From: Actinomycetota bacterium
GTDB taxonomy: Bacteria; Actinomycetota; Acidimicrobiia; Acidimicrobiales; UBA10347
Direction of reading: 5' to 3'
Length of the DNA stretch: 64,000 bases
NCBI GenBank assembly: GCA_039028435.1
Contig: JBCCIC010000007.1
Span: forward strand, 169,155-233,154
Below are positions 9,642 through 19,014 of the stretch, in pieces. Each line of letters opens with the position of its first letter. Position 1 is the stretch's first letter. A program made the translations under genes and the position numbers. A model generated the notes under the pieces. It ran no database searches. It saw only the letters and a program-made list of their open reading frames with translations, and was not told the origin of the DNA.

Positions 9642-10283
9642 ATGACGTCCCTCCTCCTCACCGTCGCCGGGCTCACTGTGGCAGCGCTGATTTCGCCAGG
9701 ACCCAACTTCGTACTCATCACCAGCCGGGCTATGGCCAGCGGGCGACGGCTGGCGATCGCCTCGGCCGGTGGCGTGGCTCTCGGCACGGCGAGTCACGCG
9801 GTGCTCGGGATTGCCGGGTTCGGTGCCCTCCTACGCTCGAACAGCTGGATCTTCACGACGGCCAAGCTGCTCGGCGCCGGCTACCTGTTCTGGATCGGCT
9901 TCAAGAGCCTGCGGTCGGTGTGGCGCACCCGCCGCACCGCGGTCGCTCGTCCCGCCCAGGCGGCGGTGTCATCCGCCGACCAGCTGGGTGTTCGTCGAGC
10001 CGTACTGGACGGCTGGCTCACGCAAATGTCGAACCCCAAGACCACCCTGTTCTTCCTGGCGCTCTTCACGACCGTGGTGCCGACCGACGCATCCGCTGCC
10101 ACCGGCGTTGCCGTGGTCGCAACCATCGTTGGGCTGGCGCTCGTTTGGTACACGGTCGTAGCGACGGCGTTCTCGCTCGCCGCGATGCGAAAGGCGTACC
10201 GCCGAGCCGCCCGCCCGATCGACGTGGTGTTCGGGACGCTGATGATCGCGCTCGGCCTTCGCGTCGCAGCAGTCGACCGCTAG
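9642..10283 (+). CDS. LysE/RhtB family amino-acid efflux translocator
   Basis: The N-terminal ISPGPNFVLI motif and a ~210-aa multi-TM profile are typical of the LysE family. Confidence 0.8.
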   Translation: MTSLLLTVAGLTVAALISPGPNFVLITSRAMASGRRLAIASAGGVALGTASHAVLGIAGFGALLRSNSWIFTTAKLLGAGYLFWIGFKSLRSVWRTRRTAVARPAQAAVSSADQLGVRRAVLDGWLTQMSNPKTTLFFLALFTTVVPTDASAATGVAVVATIVGLALVWYTVVATAFSLAAMRKAYRRAARPIDVVFGTLMIALGLRVAAVDR

Positions 10284-10300
10284 CTCGGAGCGGGCAGGCC

Positions 10301-10897
10301 CTAGAGGGGTTTCGCCATCAGGATCCACTCGCCGGGATCGTCTGAACCGGGGAATGGGTGGAAGGGGCGTCGCGCTTGCTCGGCGAAGCCGATCCGCTCG
10401 TAGAGGCGGCGGGCATCTTCGTTGAAGCTCCCGACCATCAGCGTGATCGAGTCGCATCCTTCAGCCGCCGCCGAGCGTTCGCCGTGCGCGAGGAGCATCC
10501 GGCCGACGCCTTGGCCTCGGAACTCGGGGTGCGTGGAGGCGACTGCTACGTACCACGACCCCACGACGAGGTCCTTCAGCGCGTTGAGCGGTCGCAGTAC
10601 CTCAGCCGAGCGTTTGGACGGCGGCGGTGGTGCATCGAGCACGCCACTGTTCAGCGCGCCAACGATCAATCCCGCTTGCTCGGCGACCACCCAGTTCGAC
10701 AGGTGGGTGGGGCTGTCCGTGTGGTCGAGGATCAGCGTGCGTCCGACCTCGAGGCTGGACTGGCCGGGCGAAGCGCCTTCGTCCCACAACCAGGACACGA
10801 GGCGACGCGTGGCGGCGTCGGCGAGGATTGCCAGGTGCGAAGCATCCTGAGGCAGCGCATCGCGGATGGTCGTGCTCGCGACCTCATAACTATGCAT
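10301..10897 (-). CDS. GNAT family N-acetyltransferase
   Basis: The acetyl-CoA binding motif is FRGQGVGRMLLAHGERSAAAEG...ARRLYERIGF. The start is uncertain: ATG 10897 is preferred, and the track start at 11020 is the alternative. Confidence 0.75.
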   Translation of the reverse strand: MHSYEVASTTIRDALPQDASHLAILADAATRRLVSWLWDEGASPGQSSLEVGRTLILDHTDSPTHLSNWVVAEQAGLIVGALNSGVLDAPPPPSKRSAEVLRPLNALKDLVVGSWYVAVASTHPEFRGQGVGRMLLAHGERSAAAEGCDSITLMVGSFNEDARRLYERIGFAEQARRPFHPFPGSDDPGEWILMAKPL

Positions 10898-10976
10898 CGC
10901 GCTGCATGCTAATGCATTGAGTGTCCGAGCCAGCCTGATTTCGGCGGTATCGACCAGAGGCCCTGATGACCCGGGC

Positions 10977-11159
10977 TCAGTCGCCTCGTCGCTGGTAGCG
11001 GAAGTCGCAATGGCTCGCACCGGTCATCTTCGTCTGGGTGCGCTCGAGGTCCATGCCGGCCCGCGCCGCCAGGGGGAAGTCCACGTTGCAGACCAGCATC
11101 AGGCCAAGGTCTCTGGCGTCGAGCCGGTACTCATGCCCGGTTCTCCTCGTCCGTTTCAT
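10977..11159 (-). pseudogene. Possible orphan C-terminal fragment (60 codons) resembling the tail of ATC-hydrolase-like proteins
   Basis: The translation ...LGLMLVCNVDFPLAARAGMDLERTQTKMTGASHCDFRYQRRGD resembles, from memory, the C-x2-D...G...CDFR(F/Y) C-terminus of the L-2-amino-thiazoline-4-carboxylate hydrolase family. No upstream remainder exists because the redoxin gene 3' end occupies that space. Confidence 0.3.
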
Positions 11160-12321
11160 GGTCGCTGTCGCGCCGAGCGAGCAGCCTCCGCATGTGGCGC
11201 CCGCCATGCATCTTCTTCCCCCGCATCGATGGACCACCGAAGTCGCCGATGATGGCCGGCTCCACGGTGACCGGAACCTCGAATGGGACCCGCTCGGGAA
11301 GACCGCAGGCGTGGTCGTCGCAGCTCTGGAAGTGCACTGTTGCCCGCACGACCCGCGGACCCAATCCCAGGGTCGACTCGGTGCCGTCCAGACCGCGACC
11401 ATGTCCGCCGAGCACGGTGATCGGTGTGCGGAGGACCACGGCGCCCTCGAACACATGCAGCTCCTCGCCGGTGGCTAGACGGTGCGGCGTCGTTGGCGGG
11501 AACTCGGTTGCCTTGACGACCAACCCATCTTCCTCGTCGAACGTCACGTGGGTCGGGACCAGGCCGGCCGGCACGGGCTCGCCATAGAGATGCTGCCCCT
11601 CCGGCACGGACAGCTCGATCACGAGGTCACGGACGAGGCCTGGCACGAGATGCGGTCCATCGAGAAACGCGCGCACCTCGACCTGTTCGATCGCAACGGT
11701 CGCAGGTTCGGGAACCTCGACCTGCTCGCCGAGAGCTGCCCGCAGCAATCGCTCGGGTCCAGGGCGGAAGATCTGGTTGTTCTCGAAGAACTTGGCGACG
11801 ATCGTGCCGTCGTCGTCGGTCACGTACGCGCCGGGGAACGGCATGCCGTGATACTCGGCTTCCTCTTCGGGGACGAAGGTGTTCAGGATCCCGAATGCAC
11901 GGATGACCGCGGACTCGGGGTCGGCGAGCAGCGGATACTCGATCTCGTGGGCATCGGCGAAGTCGGCCAATGCCTCGGGGTCGTCATAGGAGATCGCGTA
12001 GAGGCGAACGCCTGCCTCGCGCATCGCCTGGTACATCGACTGCAGCTCGACCAGCTGCGACCGACACGGCGGTCACCAGACCGCCGATCGATGGAAGACC
12101 ACGATGGCCGCTTGGCCGGCACGGTCCACCTCGATCTCGAACCGTTGCCCGGCGGTGTCGAGCGCGACGACCGCCGGCAGCCGTTCGCCGACGGCCGGGC
12201 CGGTCGGGAAGTCGCCGACCGGGTCGCGGCGGGGTCCGACGCCCGGGCGGACCGGGCTCAGAAAGCCGTCGGCATCACGCCAGAATGCACCGGCTTCCTC
12301 GGCATGGTCCTGCAGTTCCAT
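11131..12321 (-). CDS. TlpA/Prx-like redoxin fused to a DsbD_N-like domain, with an in-frame TGA at 12073-12075 (candidate selenocysteine, W-U-P-P-C)
   Basis: Track ORFs 12073..12321 and 11131..12036 are in the same frame, separated by only TGA plus 12 codons. The joined sequence reads ...AAIVVFHRSAVW-TGA-PPCRSQLVELQSMYQAMREAGVRLYAISYDD, which is the thioredoxin-fold WCxxC context. The C-terminal part contains FQSCDDHACGLP (DsbD N-terminal-like). Both halves have GC-rich third positions. Confidence 0.55.
12036..12064 (-). promoter_or_regulatory. SECIS-like hairpin immediately downstream of the in-frame TGA
   Basis: On the mRNA, UGA is followed by CCGCCGUG and then the stem UCGGU-C-GCAGCU / AGCUGC-A-GUCGA with apical loop GGUCG. 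The perfect 6-bp upper stem is at 12042-12047/12053-12058 and the loop at 12048-12052. GGUC begins 21 nt after UGA. Confidence 0.45.
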
Positions 12322-12341
12322 GCATCGACCGTACGTGACGT

Positions 12342-13565
12342 TCAGCGATCGACGATCACGCGGCCACCCTGGATGACCTGGGTCAGGCTCTCCTCGACCT
12401 CGGAGAAGCCGACGATGTCATCGAGCGGATTGACGGTCGAGACCACGACATCGCCGAAAGCACCCGGTGCCAACACGCCGATCTCGCCTTCGAGGCGGCA
12501 CAGCTTCGCCGTCTCGATCCACATCGATCGCAGGATGTCCTCGGCAGGCTGCACCTGCGCTCGGATCGCCAGCTCGCGCGCTTGCTGCACCTGCGACTCG
12601 CCGAGAAGGTCCGTGCCGTAGGCCAAGGTCACGCCGTGCGAAGCCGCCAGCTCGAGCGAGGCCAGACCCGCTTCCATCACCCGGACGTTCTTGCGCATAT
12701 TGACGTCGGGAAGGCCGAGCTCCTTGCCGAGGGCGTCCATGGCGAAGTACGTCGCCAGCGTCGGCACCATCACTGCACCTTCCGACGCCATCAGCGTCGC
12801 CGTCTCGGCATCGATCAGATTGCCATGCTCGATCGAGTGCACGCCCGCTCGGACGGCCATCTGGATCGCCTCGGGCAGGTACGCATGCGCGGCCACGTAG
12901 GTGCCGCGGTGGTCGCACTCGGTCACGACGGCCTCGAGCTCCTCCCGCGTGTACTGCACCGATTCGAGCGGGTCGCTCGGGCTGGCAACACCACCGGAAA
13001 CATGCACCTTGATGAAGTCGCTGCCGTCCTTGAGATTGAAGCGGGCCGCCTTGCGAACAGCCTCGACGCCGTCAGCGACGATGCTCATGACGTCGGAGTC
13101 CAACTGGCAGCCACACTCGGGAACGACACGCGTATCGCTGTGCATGTCGCCATGCCCACCGGTCTGCGAGAGCATGCGACCAGCCCGCACGATGCGCGGC
13201 CCGACGACGAGGCCCTTGCGGATCGAAGAGATCAGCCCGTAGAGCTCGCCGCCGAGGTCGCGGACCGTCGTGAAGCCACGCTCGACGGTGGCGCGAGCCA
13301 GCGATGCCATGCGCACGCCGAACTCGACCTCGGTCATGCGAGAGAGTGCGCGGAGGTCCATGGTGGCCAGCCGGAAGTGCACGTGGCCGTCGATCAAGCC
13401 GGGCAGCACGTACCGCCCGGCGGCATCGATCACGACGTCGGCCTCGGGGGGCGGGCCGTCATCGACGGACACGATCCGACCGTCCTCGATCACGACATGG
13501 CGCTCACCGAGATACGACATGGATTCCGTGTCGAGGACTGTCCCGTCGGCGATGAGGGTGCGCAT
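12342..13565 (-). CDS. Amidohydrolase family metal-dependent hydrolase
   Basis: The N-terminal DAAGRYVLPGLIDGHVHF motif (HxH) and the ~400-aa TIM-barrel amidohydrolase layout support the call. Confidence 0.8.
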   Translation of the reverse strand: MRTLIADGTVLDTESMSYLGERHVVIEDGRIVSVDDGPPPEADVVIDAAGRYVLPGLIDGHVHFRLATMDLRALSRMTEVEFGVRMASLARATVERGFTTVRDLGGELYGLISSIRKGLVVGPRIVRAGRMLSQTGGHGDMHSDTRVVPECGCQLDSDVMSIVADGVEAVRKAARFNLKDGSDFIKVHVSGGVASPSDPLESVQYTREELEAVVTECDHRGTYVAAHAYLPEAIQMAVRAGVHSIEHGNLIDAETATLMASEGAVMVPTLATYFAMDALGKELGLPDVNMRKNVRVMEAGLASLELAASHGVTLAYGTDLLGESQVQQARELAIRAQVQPAEDILRSMWIETAKLCRLEGEIGVLAPGAFGDVVVSTVNPLDDIVGFSEVEESLTQVIQGGRVIVDR

Positions 13566-13653
13566 GGCATCGACGCTAGTTCGCGACCGACTTCACGAAC
13601 GCCTGATGTCCGAGCGGAAGGCGTGCCTCGGCCCGACGTGCGAGACTTGCGTC

Positions 13654-14844
13654 ATGACGCAGCTTGCAAACATCGGTGAGGACCTGCTCGAGGAAGCTCG
13701 CGGACTCCAAGACGCCACGGTCGAGCTCCGCCGCTCGATCCACGCAGAGCCCGAGCTCGGGCTGGAGAATCCGCTCACCCAGCAGAAGGTTGTCGAATCA
13801 CTCAGCGGCCTCGGCCTCGACATCAAGCTCGGCGAGTCCACGACCTCGGTTGTGGCGGACCTCGACAGCGGAAAACCCGGCCCGACGATCCTGCTGCGCG
13901 GCGACATGGACGCCTTGCCGCTCCAGGAAGACCATGTCACCGACTACCAGTCGCGTTTCGAGGGGCGTATGCATGCGTGTGGACACGACACCCACACCGC
14001 CATGCTGGCCAGCGCCGCCCGACTGCTGAGCGAGAACACCAGCGAGTTCACCGGCAAGGTGCGCTTCATGTTCCAGCCGGGCGAGGAAGGGTTCCACGGC
14101 GCCCGCTACATGATCGAGGAGGGCGTGCTCGAAGACGTCGACAAGGCCTTCGCACTGCACATCACCACGACGGCTCCGAACGGCATGATCGCCACCCGCC
14201 GCGGCGCGATCCTGGCAAGTGCGGATCGCTTCGAGATCACCGTGAACGGAAACGGCGGGCACGCGTCGGCACCGCAGGACGCCACCGACCCGATCCCGCC
14301 GGCGGCCGCAATGGTTGGCAATCTCCAAACGATGATGACGCGCGAGGTCGCAGCGTCGGATCCGGCCGTGTTGACGGTCGCCCGAATCGAGGCCGGCACG
14401 ACCAACAACATCATCCCCTCGTCGGCCTTCCTCGAGGGCACGATCCGGACCTACAGCGAGAAGGCTCGCAACACGATCCTCGAAGCGGTGCCTCGCGTGG
14501 CGAGTGGCACCGCGTGGGCGCACGGCTGTACCTGCAACGCCGACATCATCCCGGGCTATCCGGTGACCATCAACGATCCCGCGCAGGCCGAGCATGTCGG
14601 CGAGGTTGCCAAGGCGCTCGTTGGCGCCGATGACTTCGTCATGTTGTCCGATCCGATCATGGCCGCCGAGGACTTCAGCTACGTGCTCAACGAGGTGCCC
14701 GGCGCCATGGTCATGCTCGGTGCGTGCCCTGACGACGTCAGCCCCGCCGCCGCGGAGCCGCTGCACTCGAATCTCATGCGGGTCAACGAGTCGGCGTTCT
14801 ACCGTGGCGTCGCCCTCTATGCCGCGATGGCCATCGCCGGCTGA
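13654..14844 (+). CDS. M20 family amidohydrolase/peptidase (hippurate hydrolase / N-acyl-amino-acid amidohydrolase-like)
   Basis: Motifs LLRGDMDALP, MHACGHDTHTAML and FQPGEEG are present. The start was moved to ATG 13654 because the track start at 13270 overlaps the divergent amidohydrolase. Confidence 0.8.
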   Translation: MTQLANIGEDLLEEARGLQDATVELRRSIHAEPELGLENPLTQQKVVESLSGLGLDIKLGESTTSVVADLDSGKPGPTILLRGDMDALPLQEDHVTDYQSRFEGRMHACGHDTHTAMLASAARLLSENTSEFTGKVRFMFQPGEEGFHGARYMIEEGVLEDVDKAFALHITTTAPNGMIATRRGAILASADRFEITVNGNGGHASAPQDATDPIPPAAAMVGNLQTMMTREVAASDPAVLTVARIEAGTTNNIIPSSAFLEGTIRTYSEKARNTILEAVPRVASGTAWAHGCTCNADIIPGYPVTINDPAQAEHVGEVAKALVGADDFVMLSDPIMAAEDFSYVLNEVPGAMVMLGACPDDVSPAAAEPLHSNLMRVNESAFYRGVALYAAMAIAG

Positions 14845-14847
14845 TCG

Positions 14848-17376
14848 ATGACCCCTGACGAGTACACACTCGACAACCTCACACTCGAAGAGAAGTCGAC
14901 GGTCACCGCCGGGCGTGACGTCTGGACGGTGCCGGGCATCGAAGCGCTGGGTGTACCTCCGCTCAAGATGACCGACGGCCCGAACGGTGCCCGCGGTGAC
15001 GCCTTCACCGGCGGGGTCCGCGCGGTTGCGGTTCCGTGTGGTTCAGCGCTCGCGGCCACCTTCGATCCTGCGCTTGTCCATCGAATCGGCAAGATGCTGG
15101 GCCGCGAAGCACGTCAGAAGCAGTGCCGAGTCCTGCTGGCCCCGACCATCAACCTGATCCGCTCGCCGCTCTACGGCCGTTCCTTCGAGTGCTACGGCGA
15201 GGATCCCTGGCACAGCGGCCAGCTTGCCGCCGCCTTCATCTCGGGGGTGCAATCCGAAGGTGTCGCCACCACGCCGAAGCACTTCATCGGCAACGAGGCC
15301 GAGTTCGAGCGCTACACGATCGACTCCGTCATCGACGAGCGGACACTGCGCGAGGTGTACCTCCAGCCGTTCGAGTGGGCCGTGCGTCATGCCAACGCGC
15401 TCGGCATCATGACCTCCTACAACCGCCTGAACGGCACGTATTGCTCCGAGGACCGAGACCTGCTTCAGGGGATTCTGCGCGACGAGTGGGGTTTCGAAGG
15501 CTTCGTCGTGAGCGATTGGTTCGCGGCAGGGGAGACCGTCGCGTCGCTCGAGGCCGGCCTCGACGTGCAGATGCCCGGACCCGATCGGTTCTATGGCGGT
15601 CCGGTCGCGAAGGCCATCGCCAACGGCGAGGCCGACGAGGCTCACCTCGATGCGATCGTCGATCGTCGAATCCACGTGCATCGGGTCCTCGGCGCTTGGG
15701 ACGACGATGTCGACCAAGCCGAGCTCGGTGTGGAGCATGACGAGGATCGAGCCCTCGCCCGCGAGGCTGCAGCTGCCTCGATGGTGCTCTTGGCCAACGA
15801 TGGCGTGCTGCCGCTCGACCCGACGGCTCAAGGAGCGATCGCGCTGATCGGCCCCAACGCCGCCACCGCCCATCTCATGGGAGGTGGTTCGGCCCAGCTC
15901 GCCGCGCATCGCCGCACGACCTTGGCCGAGGAACTCACCGAGCGATTCGGGGACCGAGTGCGGGTTGAGCCAGGGTGCAACATCGACAAGGTGGCGCCGA
16001 TGGTGCGGCCTGACGCACCGTTCGAGATCGAGTTCTACGCCAGCGATGATTGGAGCGGCGACGTCATCGCGCGTTCCACCAGGTCGAGCGGGCGCGCGAT
16101 TTGGTCCGGGGAGCCGGCGCCGGGAATGGGGACCGACTCGTTCTCGGCCCGAATGGTCGGCCACGTCACGGCGCTCGAGGCCGGCACCCACACGTTCACG
16201 CTCACCCAGCTGTATCGCAGCCGCCTGTTCATCAACGGCGAGGTCGTGATCGACGGGCACACCGTGCGGCCGCCGCGTGGCGATGCCTTCTTCGGTATGG
16301 GCAGCATCGAGATGTCCTACGACATCGAACTCGACGCCGGCGAGGCCGTCGAGTTGCTGGTCGAGTCGGTCGAGACCGGTGGCACCGGTATTCGCGGCGT
16401 GGCGGTGGGCCATCGTGCGCCGATCCCCGCCGATCTGATCCAACGTGCCGCCACGCTCGCGGCCGAGTCGGAAACGGCGATCGTTGTCGTCGGCACCAGC
16501 GACGAATGGGAGACCGAGGGTGTCGATCGGGCGAGCATCGACCTCCCCGGTGATCAGGATGCGCTGGTGAGCGCCGTATGCGCCGCGAACCCTCGCACCG
16601 TCGTGGTCGTGAACACCGGATCACCCGTGACCATGCCATGGGTCGACGAGCCGGCGGCGATCGTGGCCTCCTGGCTCGGTGGTCAGGAGATGGCACCGGC
16701 CCTCGCCGACGTGCTCTACGGCATCGTGGACCCAGGCGGGCGCCTGGCCGTCACCTTTCCCGAGCGCATCGAACACACCCCGTCGTTCGGCAACTTCCCC
16801 GGCGAATCGAACCGCACCCTCTACGGCGAGGGTCCGCTGATCGGGCATCGCTGGTACGACACTCGCCATCTGCCGGTGCTGTTCCCCTTCGGCCATGGCG
16901 GCTCCTATACGACGTTCGACTGGGGAGCACCTCGGGTCGCGCCGACCGACATGGCCAGCGCGACCGTCGAACTCGAGGTCACGAACACCGGCGACCGTGC
17001 CGGAAGCGACGTCGTCCAGCTCTACGTCGCGCCACCATCGTCGCCGTTCACGCGACCCAGCATGCACCTCGCCGGCACCGCCAAAGTCCACCTCGAAGCG
17101 GGGGAGCGAGCCCTCGCCCGCATCGAGCTCCGCCCGCGGTCGTTCGCGTTCTGGAACCCGGCAAATACCGATCACATCGACATCGCCAAGACGCGGGGCG
17201 GGGCCGCAGCGATGGCCGGCGCCGGCGAAGGACCACCTCCGGAACCGGGCTGGTATGTGGACCAAGGTGACTACACGCTCTTGATCGCCCGCTCGAGCCG
17301 AGATATCCATACCAAGGTTGAGTTCGTTGTCGAGTCTCCGGTCGGGCCACTGATCGGCGAGGAGTCATTGCCGTGA
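14848..17376 (+). CDS. Glycoside hydrolase family 3 beta-glucosidase with inserted PA14-like domain
   Basis: Motifs KMTDGPNGARG and GFVVSDWFA (nucleophile Asp context) are present. A PA14-like insert (FEIEFYASDDW...THTFTLT) and a C-terminal Fn3-like domain are also seen. Confidence 0.85.
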   Translation: MTPDEYTLDNLTLEEKSTVTAGRDVWTVPGIEALGVPPLKMTDGPNGARGDAFTGGVRAVAVPCGSALAATFDPALVHRIGKMLGREARQKQCRVLLAPTINLIRSPLYGRSFECYGEDPWHSGQLAAAFISGVQSEGVATTPKHFIGNEAEFERYTIDSVIDERTLREVYLQPFEWAVRHANALGIMTSYNRLNGTYCSEDRDLLQGILRDEWGFEGFVVSDWFAAGETVASLEAGLDVQMPGPDRFYGGPVAKAIANGEADEAHLDAIVDRRIHVHRVLGAWDDDVDQAELGVEHDEDRALAREAAAASMVLLANDGVLPLDPTAQGAIALIGPNAATAHLMGGGSAQLAAHRRTTLAEELTERFGDRVRVEPGCNIDKVAPMVRPDAPFEIEFYASDDWSGDVIARSTRSSGRAIWSGEPAPGMGTDSFSARMVGHVTALEAGTHTFTLTQLYRSRLFINGEVVIDGHTVRPPRGDAFFGMGSIEMSYDIELDAGEAVELLVESVETGGTGIRGVAVGHRAPIPADLIQRAATLAAESETAIVVVGTSDEWETEGVDRASIDLPGDQDALVSAVCAANPRTVVVVNTGSPVTMPWVDEPAAIVASWLGGQEMAPALADVLYGIVDPGGRLAVTFPERIEHTPSFGNFPGESNRTLYGEGPLIGHRWYDTRHLPVLFPFGHGGSYTTFDWGAPRVAPTDMASATVELEVTNTGDRAGSDVVQLYVAPPSSPFTRPSMHLAGTAKVHLEAGERALARIELRPRSFAFWNPANTDHIDIAKTRGGAAAMAGAGEGPPPEPGWYVDQGDYTLLIARSSRDIHTKVEFVVESPVGPLIGEESLP

Positions 17377-18131
17377 ACCGGGTATGGCGGGGGATCGAGT
17401 TGCTGACGGGTTGGTCCGCGCAGCAGCCGGTCCACATCGGCGGCGAGGTGCCGATGCGCACCATTCGTCGCTCGCTGCTCGCCTTCATCGTCGCCCTGAT
17501 CCCACTCAACCTGACGGTGGGGTTCCTGAAGTGGCGCGACTACGAGCTCGATGAACAGCCGCTCGCGTTTTTCGTGTGGTTCGACGTGGGGTTCGAACGC
17601 AACGTCCCGACCTGGGTGTCCACGTTGCTCTTGGCCTCGGGTGCGCTGGCCGCCGTGATCGCCTCCTGCAAGAGCGTCGAGCCAGTGCTTCGTCGCGGCT
17701 ACGGGTTCGTCGCCGCCCTGATGGCTTGGGCTTCGTTCGACGAGGCGAATGAGATCCACGAACGGGCCAGCGATCCCATTCGAGACGCACTCGACCTCGG
17801 CGGCGCGCTCTACTGGTCGTGGGTGCTCGTCGCGCTCGTGGCGGTTCCGATCATCGTCCTATTGCTCCGTCGCTTCCTACTCGACCTACCCGAACCCACC
17901 CGTACACACACGATCCTCAGCGGCGTGGTGTTCGTCGGGTGCGCCGTAGGGTTGGAGATGTTCCATGCGCTGCTGTTGGACGAGGGTGGCCAAGGCAACG
18001 TGGTGACCGAGCTGCTCGGCATGGTCGAGGAGTTCGGCGAGATGTTGGCCGCAATGCTGTTCGTCGATGCGACGCTTCGGTATGCGTCAACCCAAGCCCT
18101 CGAGCAGGCCGTCGAACCCGTCGGCTCGTAG
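17373..18131 (+). CDS. Hypothetical multi-pass membrane protein
   Basis: The GTG start overlaps the GH3 stop (GTGA), suggesting translational coupling. There are several hydrophobic segments and no recognised motif. Confidence 0.55.
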   Translation: MNRVWRGIELLTGWSAQQPVHIGGEVPMRTIRRSLLAFIVALIPLNLTVGFLKWRDYELDEQPLAFFVWFDVGFERNVPTWVSTLLLASGALAAVIASCKSVEPVLRRGYGFVAALMAWASFDEANEIHERASDPIRDALDLGGALYWSWVLVALVAVPIIVLLLRRFLLDLPEPTRTHTILSGVVFVGCAVGLEMFHALLLDEGGQGNVVTELLGMVEEFGEMLAAMLFVDATLRYASTQALEQAVEPVGS

Positions 18132-18138
18132 CGGTCGA

Positions 18139-18927
18139 TCAGTCGAGGAACTCGGGCTCGCGGGCGACCAGCTCGTCCCAGAACGGCTGGAACGAGAACC
18201 ATCCGGCCAGATCATGGCCTTGGACTTCCCAACCCTGCTGGGCAACTTCGTCGGAGACCTCGACCGGGCCGCCCGCGGCCATCGCGAGGAGCTGGGACTG
18301 CATGCAGCGTTCGAGGGCGACGAACCACCAGACGGCGGCATCGACCGATCCGCCGGTCGTGATGTGGCCGTGGTTGCGATGGATCAGGACCTTCTTGTCG
18401 CCGAGCGCCTCCGCCATCTTGGCGCTGATCGCGGTGTCGACGACCGGGGTGCCCGAGCCGACATCGCAGTAGGCGACATCGTTGTAGAACATCGTGTGGT
18501 CCTGGGTCATCATCGCCAGATCGACGCCCATCGCCGAGAACGTGCGTCCGTACATCGAGTGGCTGTGGGCGGCGGCGATGACATCGGGCCGTGCCTTGTG
18601 GAGCTCGGAGTGGATGGCGAAGGCCGCGGTGTTGACCGGGCGGTCACCGATGACGACCTCGCCGGTGTGGTCGACACAGATGAGATCGCTCACCTTCATG
18701 AGTTTGAAGTTGTGGCCGAACGGGTTTACCCAGAAACGATCGGGGAACTCGGGGTCGCGCACGGTCACATGGCCGGCGACACCCTCGGCAAGATGCAGGC
18801 GCCCGATCGTGCGCAGTCCGGCTGCGAGGCGCTGTTTGCGGTGAAGCCGCTCGGCCTCGTAGTCGCCGTGCTCGATGCTTGCAGCATCGACGATCGTGTC
18901 CATCGCCTCGTCGAGTGACTTCACCAT
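18139..18927 (-). CDS. Class II aldolase/adducin family protein
   Basis: GHVTVRDPE...FAIHSELHKARPDVIAAAHSHS matches the class II aldolase/adducin N-terminal domain pattern. Confidence 0.75.
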   Translation of the reverse strand: MVKSLDEAMDTIVDAASIEHGDYEAERLHRKQRLAAGLRTIGRLHLAEGVAGHVTVRDPEFPDRFWVNPFGHNFKLMKVSDLICVDHTGEVVIGDRPVNTAAFAIHSELHKARPDVIAAAHSHSMYGRTFSAMGVDLAMMTQDHTMFYNDVAYCDVGSGTPVVDTAISAKMAEALGDKKVLIHRNHGHITTGGSVDAAVWWFVALERCMQSQLLAMAAGGPVEVSDEVAQQGWEVQGHDLAGWFSFQPFWDELVAREPEFLD

Positions 18928-19014
18928 GACGCACCCCCAAGTGCTTTCCGTACCGACAGGATAGTGGCGTCTGGCCGACGGACCCAGATATGCCGCGTAC
19001 GAGGTCGATGATGC

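Noticed and set aside
9618-9650. The tRNA-like string GATAGCTCAGTGGCA (D-arm look-alike) lies just before the LysE gene.
   Set aside because: No acceptor stem, anticodon arm or GTTCRANYC T-arm follows. The sequence runs straight into the ATG (9642) of a well-supported CDS.
13579-13600. The inverted repeat GTTCG-N12-CGAAC lies in the divergent amidohydrolase/M20 intergenic region.
   Set aside because: The half-site orientation and spacing are the reverse of the LexA box (GAAC-N4-GTTC). I do not recognise it as a known operator, so it is too weak to call.
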